From Candidatus Latescibacterota bacterium (GTDB taxonomy: Bacteria; Latescibacterota; UBA2968; GCA-2709665), in the NCBI GenBank assembly GCA_965219995.1, contig CBDCOX010000002.1, positions 3,744,001 to 3,808,000 of the forward strand: 64,000 nucleotides of DNA. The letters are read 5' to 3'. The notes below the pieces were generated by a model. It was not told where the DNA came from. It did no database searches and worked only from the letters and a program-made list of their open reading frames with translations. Below, one piece after another: positions 1 through 9,165 of this stretch. Both the position numbers and the translations under genes were made by a program. Every line of letters begins with the position of its first letter. Position 1 is the stretch's first letter.

Positions 1-94
1 ACGGCGCCGGCCTCCAGAGCAAATACAGGAAGGTCGCGCCGGCCAGGCCGAATATGACCCACACCAGCAGGCGGTATATGTCCGGCTCCGTCAT
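1..94 (-). CDS. 5' part of a membrane protein, possibly steroid 5-alpha-reductase-like (runs off the window)
   Basis: ATG at 94 reads MTEPDIYRLLVWVIFGLAGATFLYLLWRPAP. A hydrophobic helix followed by AP(Y) matches the APYGR start of that family; only 31 codons are visible. Confidence 0.3.
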   Translation of the reverse strand, partial: MTEPDIYRLLVWVIFGLAGATFLYLLWRPAP

Positions 95-142
95 TTCAGT
101 CGTTCAGAATGTCGATATGCCATTTCGCGCCCCGTATACAAG

Positions 143-967
143 CTATTCCCGATCCCTTACATCGATTACGAGTAATCGATGTATGCCACTCTTCAAAGTC
201 TTCGCGAGACCCACTTGTAGAGAGCTAGACTCATAGAGGCGTTCCCCGTCGGTTTCGTGAACACCGTCTCGGTCGAAATTGCCATGTCCCTCACCGTTAA
301 GATCTGCCACGGTGGGGGCCTGCCACGGGCTCACGCCTGCTATGTCATTGGCACCGCCATCGTCGGCCTTTCTCCCGCCGCGACCAGAATACAACCCACC
401 ACTTTCCGAATGCGCGAAGTCTGCTCGTTCAAACAGGTAATGCCATGGAATACACTTGCGTTCAATTTTGCAGAGTCCCTTGGTTGCCTCTGGCACGTCA
501 TTGGCATCCGCTAACAGGCACCCGTTTTCGTACCCTTTGAGACCACTCTCTGGGTGCCGCTGGTTCCAAAACGAACGCTGGCATTCGGTGCAATAGATAC
601 AGTAGAGCGGTTTCACATTCTCGCACTCTGCACTGCACAAGAGCAATTCGCGCTGCTGCTTGCCAGACGTCCTGACTCTGTGCTTAATGTTTAGCCTACC
701 ATCGCGTTGTGCCCTCTTGGCCTGTACTCGCATTTTCAAGGTCCATTTGTTGCCGATAATGTGCCAATCAAAATCCGCGCCGTTTTGGGCCTCTTTCGCC
801 TTAGGGAACGTTGAGAGAAAAATGCGTCTCGGATGCCGCCGTCTGATCTCGAGCAGGTTGGTTTCAGTGATCGTTTCTTCACCATAGCTGACGTAAACGT
901 TCTTCCGATGGGAGAATTCGAGATTTCTCGACGTCGCGTCACCCAATTCAAGAAAAGTCTTAACCAT
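143..967 (-). CDS. DUF6615-like putative PD-(D/E)XK nuclease-fold protein
   Basis: Motifs YGEETIT, EAQNGADFDW and RVQAKR (E..D..QxK). ORF is open to 1084; probable start is MVKTF at 967. Confidence 0.6.
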   Translation of the reverse strand: MVKTFLELGDATSRNLEFSHRKNVYVSYGEETITETNLLEIRRRHPRRIFLSTFPKAKEAQNGADFDWHIIGNKWTLKMRVQAKRAQRDGRLNIKHRVRTSGKQQRELLLCSAECENVKPLYCIYCTECQRSFWNQRHPESGLKGYENGCLLADANDVPEATKGLCKIERKCIPWHYLFERADFAHSESGGLYSGRGGRKADDGGANDIAGVSPWQAPTVADLNGEGHGNFDRDGVHETDGERLYESSSLQVGLAKTLKSGIHRLLVIDVRDRE

Positions 968-1097
968 ACCCGAAATCACCGGATAATCCTCGGTTGGCAC
1001 AATTGATTCAGGTGGGAGCCTGACTCGGCGTCGATTCAGGCTGGCGTGTGAGCGAAAATCGACTCCGAAGCCATCGCCAGCCATACAATCGCGGTTT

Positions 1098-1949
1098 TCA
1101 GATATGTGCGCGGTAGTTTACTGCCTGCAGATGCACGTGGCGACCGACGTTTCCCGATAACTGAAAAAGCCTGGGTGTCTGGCGAAACTCGAACAGCCGG
1201 TAGAGATGGTACGCGTTTGCGTTCGTCTTGGAAAAACGGACCTCGCCAGTACTGATGTAGAATGGCGTCAGCTTGCCGTAACGGGTCGTTTTGACCTCGA
1301 TGAATCGGTCACGCCCGCTGACTTCGTACGAACGAATATCGTACCCGGCGTGGTCCCCCACGGTTTTGGAGACCTGCTCGACGTTTCTGGCGAGGCGGTC
1401 CTTGCCTTCACGCAGCAGACGTGCGCGCTCGAATTCCAAAACCAGTGCTTCTCCCGCATCCCCGAGGGATCGATTGAGCGCTTCCATCTGAAGATAATTG
1501 ATTGGTGGGCCAGGCTGGGCGGAAACGACGTATTCAACGGGTCTCTCACCCACCGAAAGAGAGGCAGGCACAGGCGGATCGACACCGATACCGAGAATAT
1601 CGTCAACAGTGAAACGATCCTGGAGTGCATTGACATCAGCTACGACCAGGCTCTCAAGCGGAGGAAGCTGCTCGCGCACCACATCCCTCAGCATGCCCTG
1701 GAAGTTGAAAAGCGGTTTGTACCCGTTGATATACGGGAACCCCAACTCGATCAGGACCGCGCTGATATTCTGGTGTTTGCGCTCAACTGCGCCGTGCGTG
1801 CGGCCATCCAACCGGGCGCGTAGCGCCCTGTTTCGCGCCGCTTTGTTGTAAGACTTATCTTGAAGCTCCAAAGCCAGCATGTCGAGGTAATCCCGAACAG
1901 TGACTTCGACCTCCTGGCGGCTCCAATCGCTTGACATCGGCTCGACCAA
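1098..1949 (-). CDS. DUF3883 (NOV_C) PD-(D/E)XK nuclease with an N-terminal helical domain; candidate restriction endonuclease
   Basis: C-terminal GDAGE..GYDIRSY..FIEVKTT. N-terminal DWSxxEV..DYxxML..NISAVL domain is often seen fused to HNH/restriction nucleases. Confidence 0.75.
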   Translation of the reverse strand: MVEPMSSDWSRQEVEVTVRDYLDMLALELQDKSYNKAARNRALRARLDGRTHGAVERKHQNISAVLIELGFPYINGYKPLFNFQGMLRDVVREQLPPLESLVVADVNALQDRFTVDDILGIGVDPPVPASLSVGERPVEYVVSAQPGPPINYLQMEALNRSLGDAGEALVLEFERARLLREGKDRLARNVEQVSKTVGDHAGYDIRSYEVSGRDRFIEVKTTRYGKLTPFYISTGEVRFSKTNANAYHLYRLFEFRQTPRLFQLSGNVGRHVHLQAVNYRAHI

Positions 1950-2020
1950 TTTACCTTTGGACTTCGTGGGTCAGCGGTGCCATTCTCACTGGTGATTTCC
2001 GGCATTACACAGCCAGCCAT

Positions 2021-2230
2021 TCAGAATACAACAAACCCCATCACCAGTACTGTCACCAGAATTACAATTCCAAGACTACACAGGAAACTCCACAATAATC
2101 GGGTCCGCTTTCCTTCTTTCCTGTATCGAAAAACGCTATACCAGAAGGTAATCGTCAGCCCGACCAAAGCAATGAGGCTTATCCCGAACAGCTTTAACAA
2201 CTCGAAGGTATGGAACAAATATCCATGCAT
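2021..2230 (-). CDS. Small two-helix membrane protein, hypothetical
   Basis: Two hydrophobic segments separated by a basic loop (RYRKEGKR); ATG at 2230. Confidence 0.4.
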   Translation of the reverse strand: MHGYLFHTFELLKLFGISLIALVGLTITFWYSVFRYRKEGKRTRLLWSFLCSLGIVILVTVLVMGFVVF

Positions 2231-2231
2231 A

Positions 2232-2500
2232 TTAAAGCTCCAAGCATCCAAAAGGCGAGTCAATTGGATGCTCCGTCGCCTTCAGAATCAAGAAACCTGG
2301 CTTTCCCAATATAACATTATAAACCCGTTCGATGCCGACTATCTCACATGCCTGGACCATACGACGAGTCGACCTTTCATCTTCCGTTCCGCGCGTCACG
2401 TCACCCGGTGGATGGCTGCCTGTCACGTTCACCGAGGCGGCAGAAGAGCCCACCGTCGCATAAGAAACTTCGTGAGGATCCGTCGAAACACGAGGTAGCG
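2232..2500 (-). pseudogene. radC: Degenerate radC (JAB-domain) remnant
   Basis: In-frame STDPHEVSYATVGSSAASVNVTGSHPPGDVTRGTEDERSTRRMVQACEIVGIERVYNVILGKPGF aligns by eye with the RadC pattern HPREVF..SAASVIL.HNHPSGDP.PS.ED...T.RL..AG..VGI.VLDHVIIG. Several metal ligands are lost and there is no intact 5' end. Confidence 0.55.
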
Positions 2501-2642
2501 CCCGGTCGGGCAGCGGTTTACAAGCGGGCTTTCGCCGGTTGGAAGATTCCGCAGAATAATCATTGCTTGTCCGGCGCTTTGTTTTCTCTTTACATGGGTC
2601 AATACACGATGTTCAGGCGCCTGCTATCGATAAGGAAACGTG

Positions 2643-3443
2643 ATGCCAAAGGCTGAAAAGTACAAACACGGAACGCCGTGTTGGATTGATCTGGCGACAG
2701 CGGATCTGGCGGGGGCGAGAGCGTTCTACGCCGGATTATTCGGTTGGGAGTATGTGGACGAGGAGATGGGGGAGATGGGCATCGGGGTTTATTCGATGGC
2801 CATGCGGGAGGGGTCGGCGGCGGCGGCAATTTATGAATCGGGCCCCGGGCAGATGCGTTCAGACGGGGCAGTGAAGTGGAACCTCTACGTATCGGTGGAT
2901 GATGTCGACGCCGTCGTCGGGCGGGCGGCAGCGAATGGCGGGGCCGTGCTGGCAGGCTCGAGAGACATCGATCGCGCGGGCCGGGTGGCGGTGATCGCGG
3001 ACCCGACGGATTGCGTCGTGACGCTGTGGGAGCCGGGCGAGTTCGCAGGATGCGGCGTGAGGTCGGAGTCAGGCGCGTTTGCCTGGTCGGAGCATCTGAG
3101 CACGGATCGTGCGGCTTCGGTCCGGTTTTTCGAACAGGTTGTCGGTGTCGAAACCGTGACGGCGGACGAGGCACAGCCGGTGCCGTACTCGAGCGTACTG
3201 GTGGGTGACAAGGTTGTGAGTGGGATCATGCAGATGCCGGACCGGATGATCGAAGAAGGGGTCGCGTCCGAGTGGTACGTGTATTTTCAGGTCGGAAATT
3301 TTGACGAATCGGCGGGTTACCTGCAAGAGCACGGCGGGCGACTGATGGCTGAACCGGACGATATTGCCGGATTCGGACGAATGGTGGTCGCCCGGGATCC
3401 GCAAGGCGCCGACTTCTGCATCGTCCAGCCCGAGATCGGGTAA
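2643..3443 (+). CDS. Two-domain VOC/glyoxalase family protein (Cfp30B-like)
   Basis: GTPCWIDL..ARAFYAGLFGW and GR.AV..DP.GA motifs, duplicated domain; AAGGA RBS. Confidence 0.9.
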   Translation: MPKAEKYKHGTPCWIDLATADLAGARAFYAGLFGWEYVDEEMGEMGIGVYSMAMREGSAAAAIYESGPGQMRSDGAVKWNLYVSVDDVDAVVGRAAANGGAVLAGSRDIDRAGRVAVIADPTDCVVTLWEPGEFAGCGVRSESGAFAWSEHLSTDRAASVRFFEQVVGVETVTADEAQPVPYSSVLVGDKVVSGIMQMPDRMIEEGVASEWYVYFQVGNFDESAGYLQEHGGRLMAEPDDIAGFGRMVVARDPQGADFCIVQPEIG

Positions 3444-3474
3444 TCAAGCTACTTGAATGATACAGTGCGTGCGC

Positions 3475-4212
3475 TCACACCTTCCCGCCCGTCAAAATCG
3501 ACACCACCTGCGGGAGGGCCTCCTCCACGCATTCATCGACTCTATCGCCTTCCATGGGTGCAGCGTGCGCGCGCAGTTCGATATTCCGGTATCCTGCGAC
3601 GCCGTCAAGGGTGCTCGACCAGGCGCCGCCGCCACGAGGCCCGATTCCGGCTTCCAGATCCATTCGAGGATACTCCCATCGCAGGTCCTTGCCGCGGTAG
3701 CGGACCCGGTCCCCCTCCTTCACGTCGCTCAACCTCATCCTGCGGTGTACTCCGAAGTGAATCAGCCTGCGATGGACCTTGTCGGGCTGCGGTCCCGAGT
3801 CCTCCCATCCCTCGACGAGATAGTTTCCTGTGGCATGCGATAGCCGGAAGCCATCGCCATCGCGCTCAATCATTGGTACCCTTCCCGCCGCCGTGATATA
3901 GGCGGTGGGGATGCCTCTCAACTCGAACTCCAGCATATCGTGCAAACTGCACGAACTGGCGCCGCATCAGTCCACCACGCCCATGACAAGCCCATCGCAA
4001 TTCGGAACGATCTCCTCCAGGAGCTTCTTCGTGCAGACGCGGTAAGGGGATGACTTTTTCCAGGGTCCGACCACATTTGCGTCGTACTCTGCCGCGAGCC
4101 GTTCCCCAACTGCATTGAGAACGGCTCCCGCCGTGCGTTTTCCCGGATCCAGAAGTCCGATCCTGGCTCTATTCAGGGAGGTCAGTCGGGATGCGGGTTC
4201 GATTCTTGACAC
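3475..4212 (-). CDS. UGSC-family-like selenoprotein (in-frame UGA at 3967-3969), about 245 aa
   Basis: ORFs 3967..4212 and 3475..3945 share a frame and join as GVVD-U-CGASSCSLHDMLEFELRGIPT, in register with the family pattern DUGSCTSCSxHD..ELExRGIPT. GTG start has an AGAAAGGAG RBS; a hairpin follows the UGA. Confidence 0.75.
3930..3959 (-). promoter_or_regulatory. SECIS-like hairpin
   Basis: mRNA UCGUGC-AGUUU-GCACGA begins 12 nt after the UGA, is extended by CCAGU/GCUGG, and has G at loop position 2. Confidence 0.65.
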
Positions 4213-4419
4213 AGGTCTACTCCTTTCTGATCTTAACGTCCGAAATGCCAGCGTATAGGGCAGGTCTCCGGGGCTGGATGCGTTCGAGCGCTCCTACCCT
4301 TGATTTCCGTCTAAATATAGCCAATGACGGATTCAATGTCTGCTACGAATTGGCGTGAGCAACCTCTAGTCTAACATCATGGCAGGCGCGCAGGATCCGG
4401 GCTAATTTGAGGAGGTTTT

Positions 4420-5157
4420 ATGTTGACTGACGAACAGGTCCGGCAATTTCGGGAAGACGGCTATCTCGTTTTTGAAGCCCTGATACAGGGCGAACGACTG
4501 GTCTATTACAAGCGCGTGTTCGACGAGCTGGTCGCAGAGGGGCGTAAATTGACCGGGGAGACGCCGCATTGGTCGCTCGAGCTGGACGAACGCGGCGAAC
4601 CCAGGGAGGGTCTGTTGCACAAGGTTCAGGGGGTTTGCGTGGTCGATGCCCGCGTGCTGGAACTGGCGCGCGAACCCGCGATTCTGGACCGCGTCGCTAC
4701 GTTGACTGGTGATAACATCGATGTGTTCGGCACGAAGTTTTTTCCGAAGCTGCCCAACGGCGGTACGTCAACCGGCTGGCATCAGGACAACTTTTATTTC
4801 GGCACCGATACGGATCGCATTATCAGTTGCGGGATTTATCTGGAGGATTCAGACGTGGAGAACGGGTGTCTGCGGGTGGTGCCCGGCAGCCACCGGATCG
4901 GCAGGATCGTCGAGCACCGCAAGAATCCGGCCAGGCATGGCAGTTGGACGGAGGTCGATGAATCGCGGGCTGTGGATTTGGTCATTCCCGCCGGCACGGT
5001 GGTTCTGTTTTCCGCCAATCTCCTGCACGGCGCCTACGATAACCACAGCAATCGCACCCGCTATAGCACGGCCTGGCACTATCTGCCGGAAGAACTCAAT
5101 CCGGAACGGTTTCCAAAGGGAGTTTACGAAGATCGACATGTGGCGCGTAAGCATTGA
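4420..5157 (+). CDS. PhyH-family Fe(II)/2-oxoglutarate dioxygenase
   Basis: WHQD..NGCLRVVPGSH..LLHGA..R; GAGGAGG RBS. Confidence 0.92.
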   Translation: MLTDEQVRQFREDGYLVFEALIQGERLVYYKRVFDELVAEGRKLTGETPHWSLELDERGEPREGLLHKVQGVCVVDARVLELAREPAILDRVATLTGDNIDVFGTKFFPKLPNGGTSTGWHQDNFYFGTDTDRIISCGIYLEDSDVENGCLRVVPGSHRIGRIVEHRKNPARHGSWTEVDESRAVDLVIPAGTVVLFSANLLHGAYDNHSNRTRYSTAWHYLPEELNPERFPKGVYEDRHVARKH

Positions 5158-5281
5158 GCATCGCGCACACGGGGCAGGCAGGTGTGTTGATGAACTGGTC
5201 TGGGAGGTCGCCAGTTGTACCCCGTTCCGCATGGATGGAAAACGTGAACACCACAACCCCTTTAGCCAATAAAACGGTACT

Positions 5282-5309
5282 TACATGGATGGACAGGATC
5301 GACAGGATA
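5282..5309. repeat. ACAGGAT(G/C)-type short repeat; further copies at about 16003-16030 and 16103-16131
   Basis: acatggatggacaggatNNacaggata occurs three times in intergenic DNA. Confidence 0.8.
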
Positions 5310-5540
5310 AATACCAAAACCGATCATGATTTGCAGGATTAAGCTGGATAAGAAACCACGAGCAGGGCAATTGCTCACTCTTACAGGAAAAAGCGATGAT
5401 TCCGTCCACCCTGAAATCCAAACGTTGCGCCGGCCAACACGATACCGGACGCTTCAGGGTTTTCGTTATGTGCTCTGCTTATGTCATTCAAAATCAACCG
5501 ATTATACAACAAACACACCGGTTTTCATGAATAATTCGGG

Positions 5541-6248
5541 TCAACCATCTTGCTTTCTTAGAACGCACGTGAGTTTCCCTTTGTTCAAGACTGAATTGAC
5601 AACCTTAAAGGGAGATTCTTCCAGCTCTGCGACGAGATCTTTGGCGAAGAAAAAGTGCAAATAGTGTGGTGCTTTCAGCGCGAATCCATCCCCTTCCTCC
5701 AGCGTGTTATAGTTCACAGCAAATCGATGATGGTTGTCATCGTAAACCTCCTCGTAATTCTTCAGTACGGAATCCAGCACTGTCTGAGACATCAAAACTT
5801 CGCCATTGGGATCCAACACGCGCGAGATCTCTTCCAAAAAAGCGACTCTCGATGCGCGGTGCGGGACATAACAGTAGACGTTCCCCATGAATCCAGCGGC
5901 AAATGAGGCATTGGAAAAGGGCATCGTCGGCATTTCATATTGAAGAAATGTCACGTTGATGCGTTCCTTCTCAGCAATTCGCCTTGCCTGCTCAATCTGA
6001 TTCCTGGCGACGTCAATCCCGGTGACGTTGTATCCAAGCCGCGCAAGTGCGAAACATAATCGTCCTGTCGCACAGCCGATGTCCAACAGGCGGCTGTCTA
6101 CAGGGTACTCTCCGACAAACGCCTGTTCTTCCTCTCTGATACCAACTTTCAGGTCTTCTATTCGGATTTCCAGTTCTTCAGGATCGTTGTACTTTTCCTT
6201 TACGGAGTCCAGTAATCTTTCGGACTCTCGTCTTTTTTCATCTTTCAT
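5541..6248 (-). CDS. Class I SAM-dependent methyltransferase
   Basis: LLDIGCATGR..VTGIDV motifs. Confidence 0.88.
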   Translation of the reverse strand: MKDEKRRESERLLDSVKEKYNDPEELEIRIEDLKVGIREEEQAFVGEYPVDSRLLDIGCATGRLCFALARLGYNVTGIDVARNQIEQARRIAEKERINVTFLQYEMPTMPFSNASFAAGFMGNVYCYVPHRASRVAFLEEISRVLDPNGEVLMSQTVLDSVLKNYEEVYDDNHHRFAVNYNTLEEGDGFALKAPHYLHFFFAKDLVAELEESPFKVVNSVLNKGKLTCVLRKQDG

Positions 6249-6294
6249 GGGGAAGTTTCACTCCCGTTACCGGAGTTGCCCGAAGCCCGGCGAG

Positions 6295-7194
6295 TCACCT
6301 CAATCCATTGATGTCGTATCTCGAGACAAAATTCCAGATCAGCGCGCTTGTATTGGCGCCGTCGTAGTTGATGTCGAACCAGACGTGGCCTCCGTTGATG
6401 ACCTTATAATGCTCGACGGAGGTATTTTTGTCTCCATCGGTATAGGAATGGCGTTCTAAGGTTGTTGCGCCATCGTTCACTCGATTTATCTCGGGCGTAA
6501 CACCGGTATTGTTGAATCCTGTCCAATAGGCAAGCACTTCGTCAATGGATTTCAGTCCCTCGGCTCCGCCATAGGGGACAACCGCATCGGATGTTCCATG
6601 GATATTGATCATGGCCGTCGGGTGCGACGGATTACATTCGTTATATGTCTCCGCCATCATCGTTCCCGCCACAGAACCGATTGCCGCGATTTTATCACCA
6701 TGAAAGCAGGCGAGCGCGTACGCGAAGAAAGCGCCGTTCGAGTAACCGCAGGCATATACTCTCGCTGGATCGATGTTGTAGTCGGAGGAGATTTCATCGA
6801 TCAACGCTTCCACAAAGCCGAAGTCGTCCGCATCGCTCTTGTTTCTCTCGGTTTTCAGACCGGCATTCCAATGCGGGTTTCCATCCAGCAGGGTGCCTTG
6901 CGGATAAACCAGGATGAACGTGCCCGAATCCGCCAGAGACCGCATATCCGTGGTTCTCAAATGCAGGTCCGCGGTCCCGCCGAATCCGTGAAAGTTAAGC
7001 ATCAGCGGAGATCTGGAAGTTCCGTCAAGAGAATCGGGCACATACAGCATATATTGCCTTGTTACCCCATTGTGGGAAAGGGTTCGAGTAAACAGACCCG
7101 CCGAATCAGGCGCGTCGAGCGGCACGTCATCATTGCTGGAACAGGAAAACAGGCATGACATCGCCGCGACGGATATGAAAAAAAGCCTCATCAT
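6295..7194 (-). CDS. LpqC/PHB-depolymerase-family esterase, lipoprotein
   Basis: FHGFGG, GYSNG nucleophile, IHGTSD, GGH; lipobox LFSC. The longer ORF start lies inside a repeat. Confidence 0.85.
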   Translation of the reverse strand: MMRLFFISVAAMSCLFSCSSNDDVPLDAPDSAGLFTRTLSHNGVTRQYMLYVPDSLDGTSRSPLMLNFHGFGGTADLHLRTTDMRSLADSGTFILVYPQGTLLDGNPHWNAGLKTERNKSDADDFGFVEALIDEISSDYNIDPARVYACGYSNGAFFAYALACFHGDKIAAIGSVAGTMMAETYNECNPSHPTAMINIHGTSDAVVPYGGAEGLKSIDEVLAYWTGFNNTGVTPEINRVNDGATTLERHSYTDGDKNTSVEHYKVINGGHVWFDINYDGANTSALIWNFVSRYDINGLR

Positions 7195-7212
7195 CAAGGC
7201 GGACCCCAAAAA

Positions 7213-7377
7213 CCGGTGAGACGGGAGACGGGAGACGGTAGAGAACATCCTTGCCGGATTGGTTATTCCCTTATGCCTTCGGCAGGAAATGAAACCGCAC
7301 GAGGAAGGCAATAAATGCGGCAAGAGGGTAGGCGTTAGACGGTAGATGACATCTTTGCGAGATTGGTTTCTCCTTCC
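7213..7377. repeat. Dispersed GAGACG(G/T) 7-bp-unit element, copy A
   Basis: gtgagacgggagacgggagacggtaga plus core ..tgccttcggca..tgaaacc; related copies elsewhere in the window. Confidence 0.8.
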
Positions 7378-7436
7378 GATCCGGTCCTGGACGTTCTCCT
7401 CGCCGGTCGCGGCAATGAATTCGAGGCCATCGGCAC

Positions 7437-9131
7437 CTAATAATGCCTGGTCATTAGCTGGATGATGTCGTTGCTGGTAACTGCTCCGAGAAACTCTTCC
7501 GAATCCCTTTCCACGACGGGTATCACGGAAATAGAATTCTCTGACATACGCTGCAGCACGTCTTCGACTTGCTCATCAGGCCAGGCCATTGGGGTCTGGC
7601 GGCGTACCACAGCGTCGAGCCGGGTCGTGCCCCAGGCGTCCTTCGGCAGGTAGCGAAGCATTTCCAGCGACACGATCCCGACCAGCGCTTCCCTGTCTGC
7701 CACGACGTAGTGGGGCTGGTGCGGAACGATCCACTGGTCCGTGAAGTCACGCACGGTGACCGAAGACGTCGGATGCCGATGCGAGCGGTCCAGAATGTCA
7801 TCAATCGTGATGTCTTCCAGTGCAAAGCGGACGATTCCCGACGGAATGTCGTCCAGTTGCTCTGGCAGGTCGGTCCTGCGGCTGGCCCGGCCCACCGCGA
7901 AGTTGATCACCGACGGCATGAACAGGATGTAGCAGAACATGACCAGCACCAGGAATGAAAAAACCACCTCGTCGATGATTCCGGAACCCCACATAACCAG
8001 CAGCAGCGCGATTTCAGCCACTCCCTTACCCATCAGCCCGGTGGCCACGGCGTACGGAACGGCGAGGCGGGACACGTAGGCGCCGATGAAAGCGCCCGTG
8101 AAGTTGCCGAGCAACGGGATCAGCGCCAACCCCGCCATGGCCTCCAACGGCAAGGTTACGAAGGTAAAGCTGAAGCTCAGTCCGGCGGAAGCAAAGAAGA
8201 GAGGAACGAAAAACCCCTCGGCCACGCTGCGAATTCCCGGGATGATCTCCCGATGCACCTGGTAGGGAAGGCTCGACAGCGACGCCCCGAACAGCAAAGC
8301 GCCCAGTGAGCCGTGGAGTCCCACTGCTTCCGCGCCGTACACGATCAGGAAGAGCATGCCGAGCAGCAAACCAAGGGAGAGTTGCGGCACCTGGATCACC
8401 CGCTGCAACAGCGCCACCAGCGGCGGCAGCACCCGCGACGACAGTACCCAGGTTACCACCGAAAAACCGGCTACTTTTCCCAGCAGGATCAGCATGCCGA
8501 CAGGAGAAACCTGGTGGGCGTGTTCGCCGATGCTGAAGCCGATCAGCAGCAGGGCAATCAGCTCGGCGATGATCACCACCGTGAAAATCTGCAGTCCAAC
8601 CGGCTGTTTCAGGTATCCGCCGTCCGTGAGCACTTTGGCCACGATGCCCAGACTGGTCATGGACAGCACGCCGGCCAACGCCAGCGACTCGGTAAAATTC
8701 AGTTTCAGTCCGAAATCGAAAACCAGATCGGTGGTGACCAGCATCGAAATGCTTAGCGATATGATCACGGAGAGAACGGCCGCGAGGAAGTAATGGCCTT
8801 TGAGGGACGCCATGAAGCTGGAAATATCCACTTCGTCCAGGCCGATCAGGAAGAAAAATATGAACACACCCAGCGCCAGAACCAACTGGAGGTGGAGCGA
8901 AGACTCGATCCACCAGACGCCGGTCAGTTCCATGACCGGCCCGAGAATCATACCTGTCGCCGCGTAGGCGATGATGGCGTTCAACCGCAGCCTGCGAAAA
9001 ACGCCCTCGGCCAACTTGGCAACGATGATGAGCATCCCGATATTCAACAGCGATTGGTGCAGTTCATTCGTGTGACCAGCGGATCTGAACAGATCCACGA
9101 TCTCTTGGAGCGAGAAGCCATCCATGGACAT
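7437..9131 (-). CDS. CPA2 cation:proton antiporter with C-terminal CBS pair
   Basis: Many transmembrane helices, FFFLIGLDE, SMTSLGIV, FVPLFF and KGVAEI motifs; CBS-like C-terminus. Confidence 0.9.
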   Translation of the reverse strand: MSMDGFSLQEIVDLFRSAGHTNELHQSLLNIGMLIIVAKLAEGVFRRLRLNAIIAYAATGMILGPVMELTGVWWIESSLHLQLVLALGVFIFFFLIGLDEVDISSFMASLKGHYFLAAVLSVIISLSISMLVTTDLVFDFGLKLNFTESLALAGVLSMTSLGIVAKVLTDGGYLKQPVGLQIFTVVIIAELIALLLIGFSIGEHAHQVSPVGMLILLGKVAGFSVVTWVLSSRVLPPLVALLQRVIQVPQLSLGLLLGMLFLIVYGAEAVGLHGSLGALLFGASLSSLPYQVHREIIPGIRSVAEGFFVPLFFASAGLSFSFTFVTLPLEAMAGLALIPLLGNFTGAFIGAYVSRLAVPYAVATGLMGKGVAEIALLLVMWGSGIIDEVVFSFLVLVMFCYILFMPSVINFAVGRASRRTDLPEQLDDIPSGIVRFALEDITIDDILDRSHRHPTSSVTVRDFTDQWIVPHQPHYVVADREALVGIVSLEMLRYLPKDAWGTTRLDAVVRRQTPMAWPDEQVEDVLQRMSENSISVIPVVERDSEEFLGAVTSNDIIQLMTRHY

Positions 9132-9165
9132 CTTGAGGTTCTCCGCAGGTACTGTTTGGGGGGTC

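Noticed and set aside
5460-5542. IS-end-like sequence ttcatgaataattcggg
   Set aside because: No matching opposite end or transposase was found in the window.
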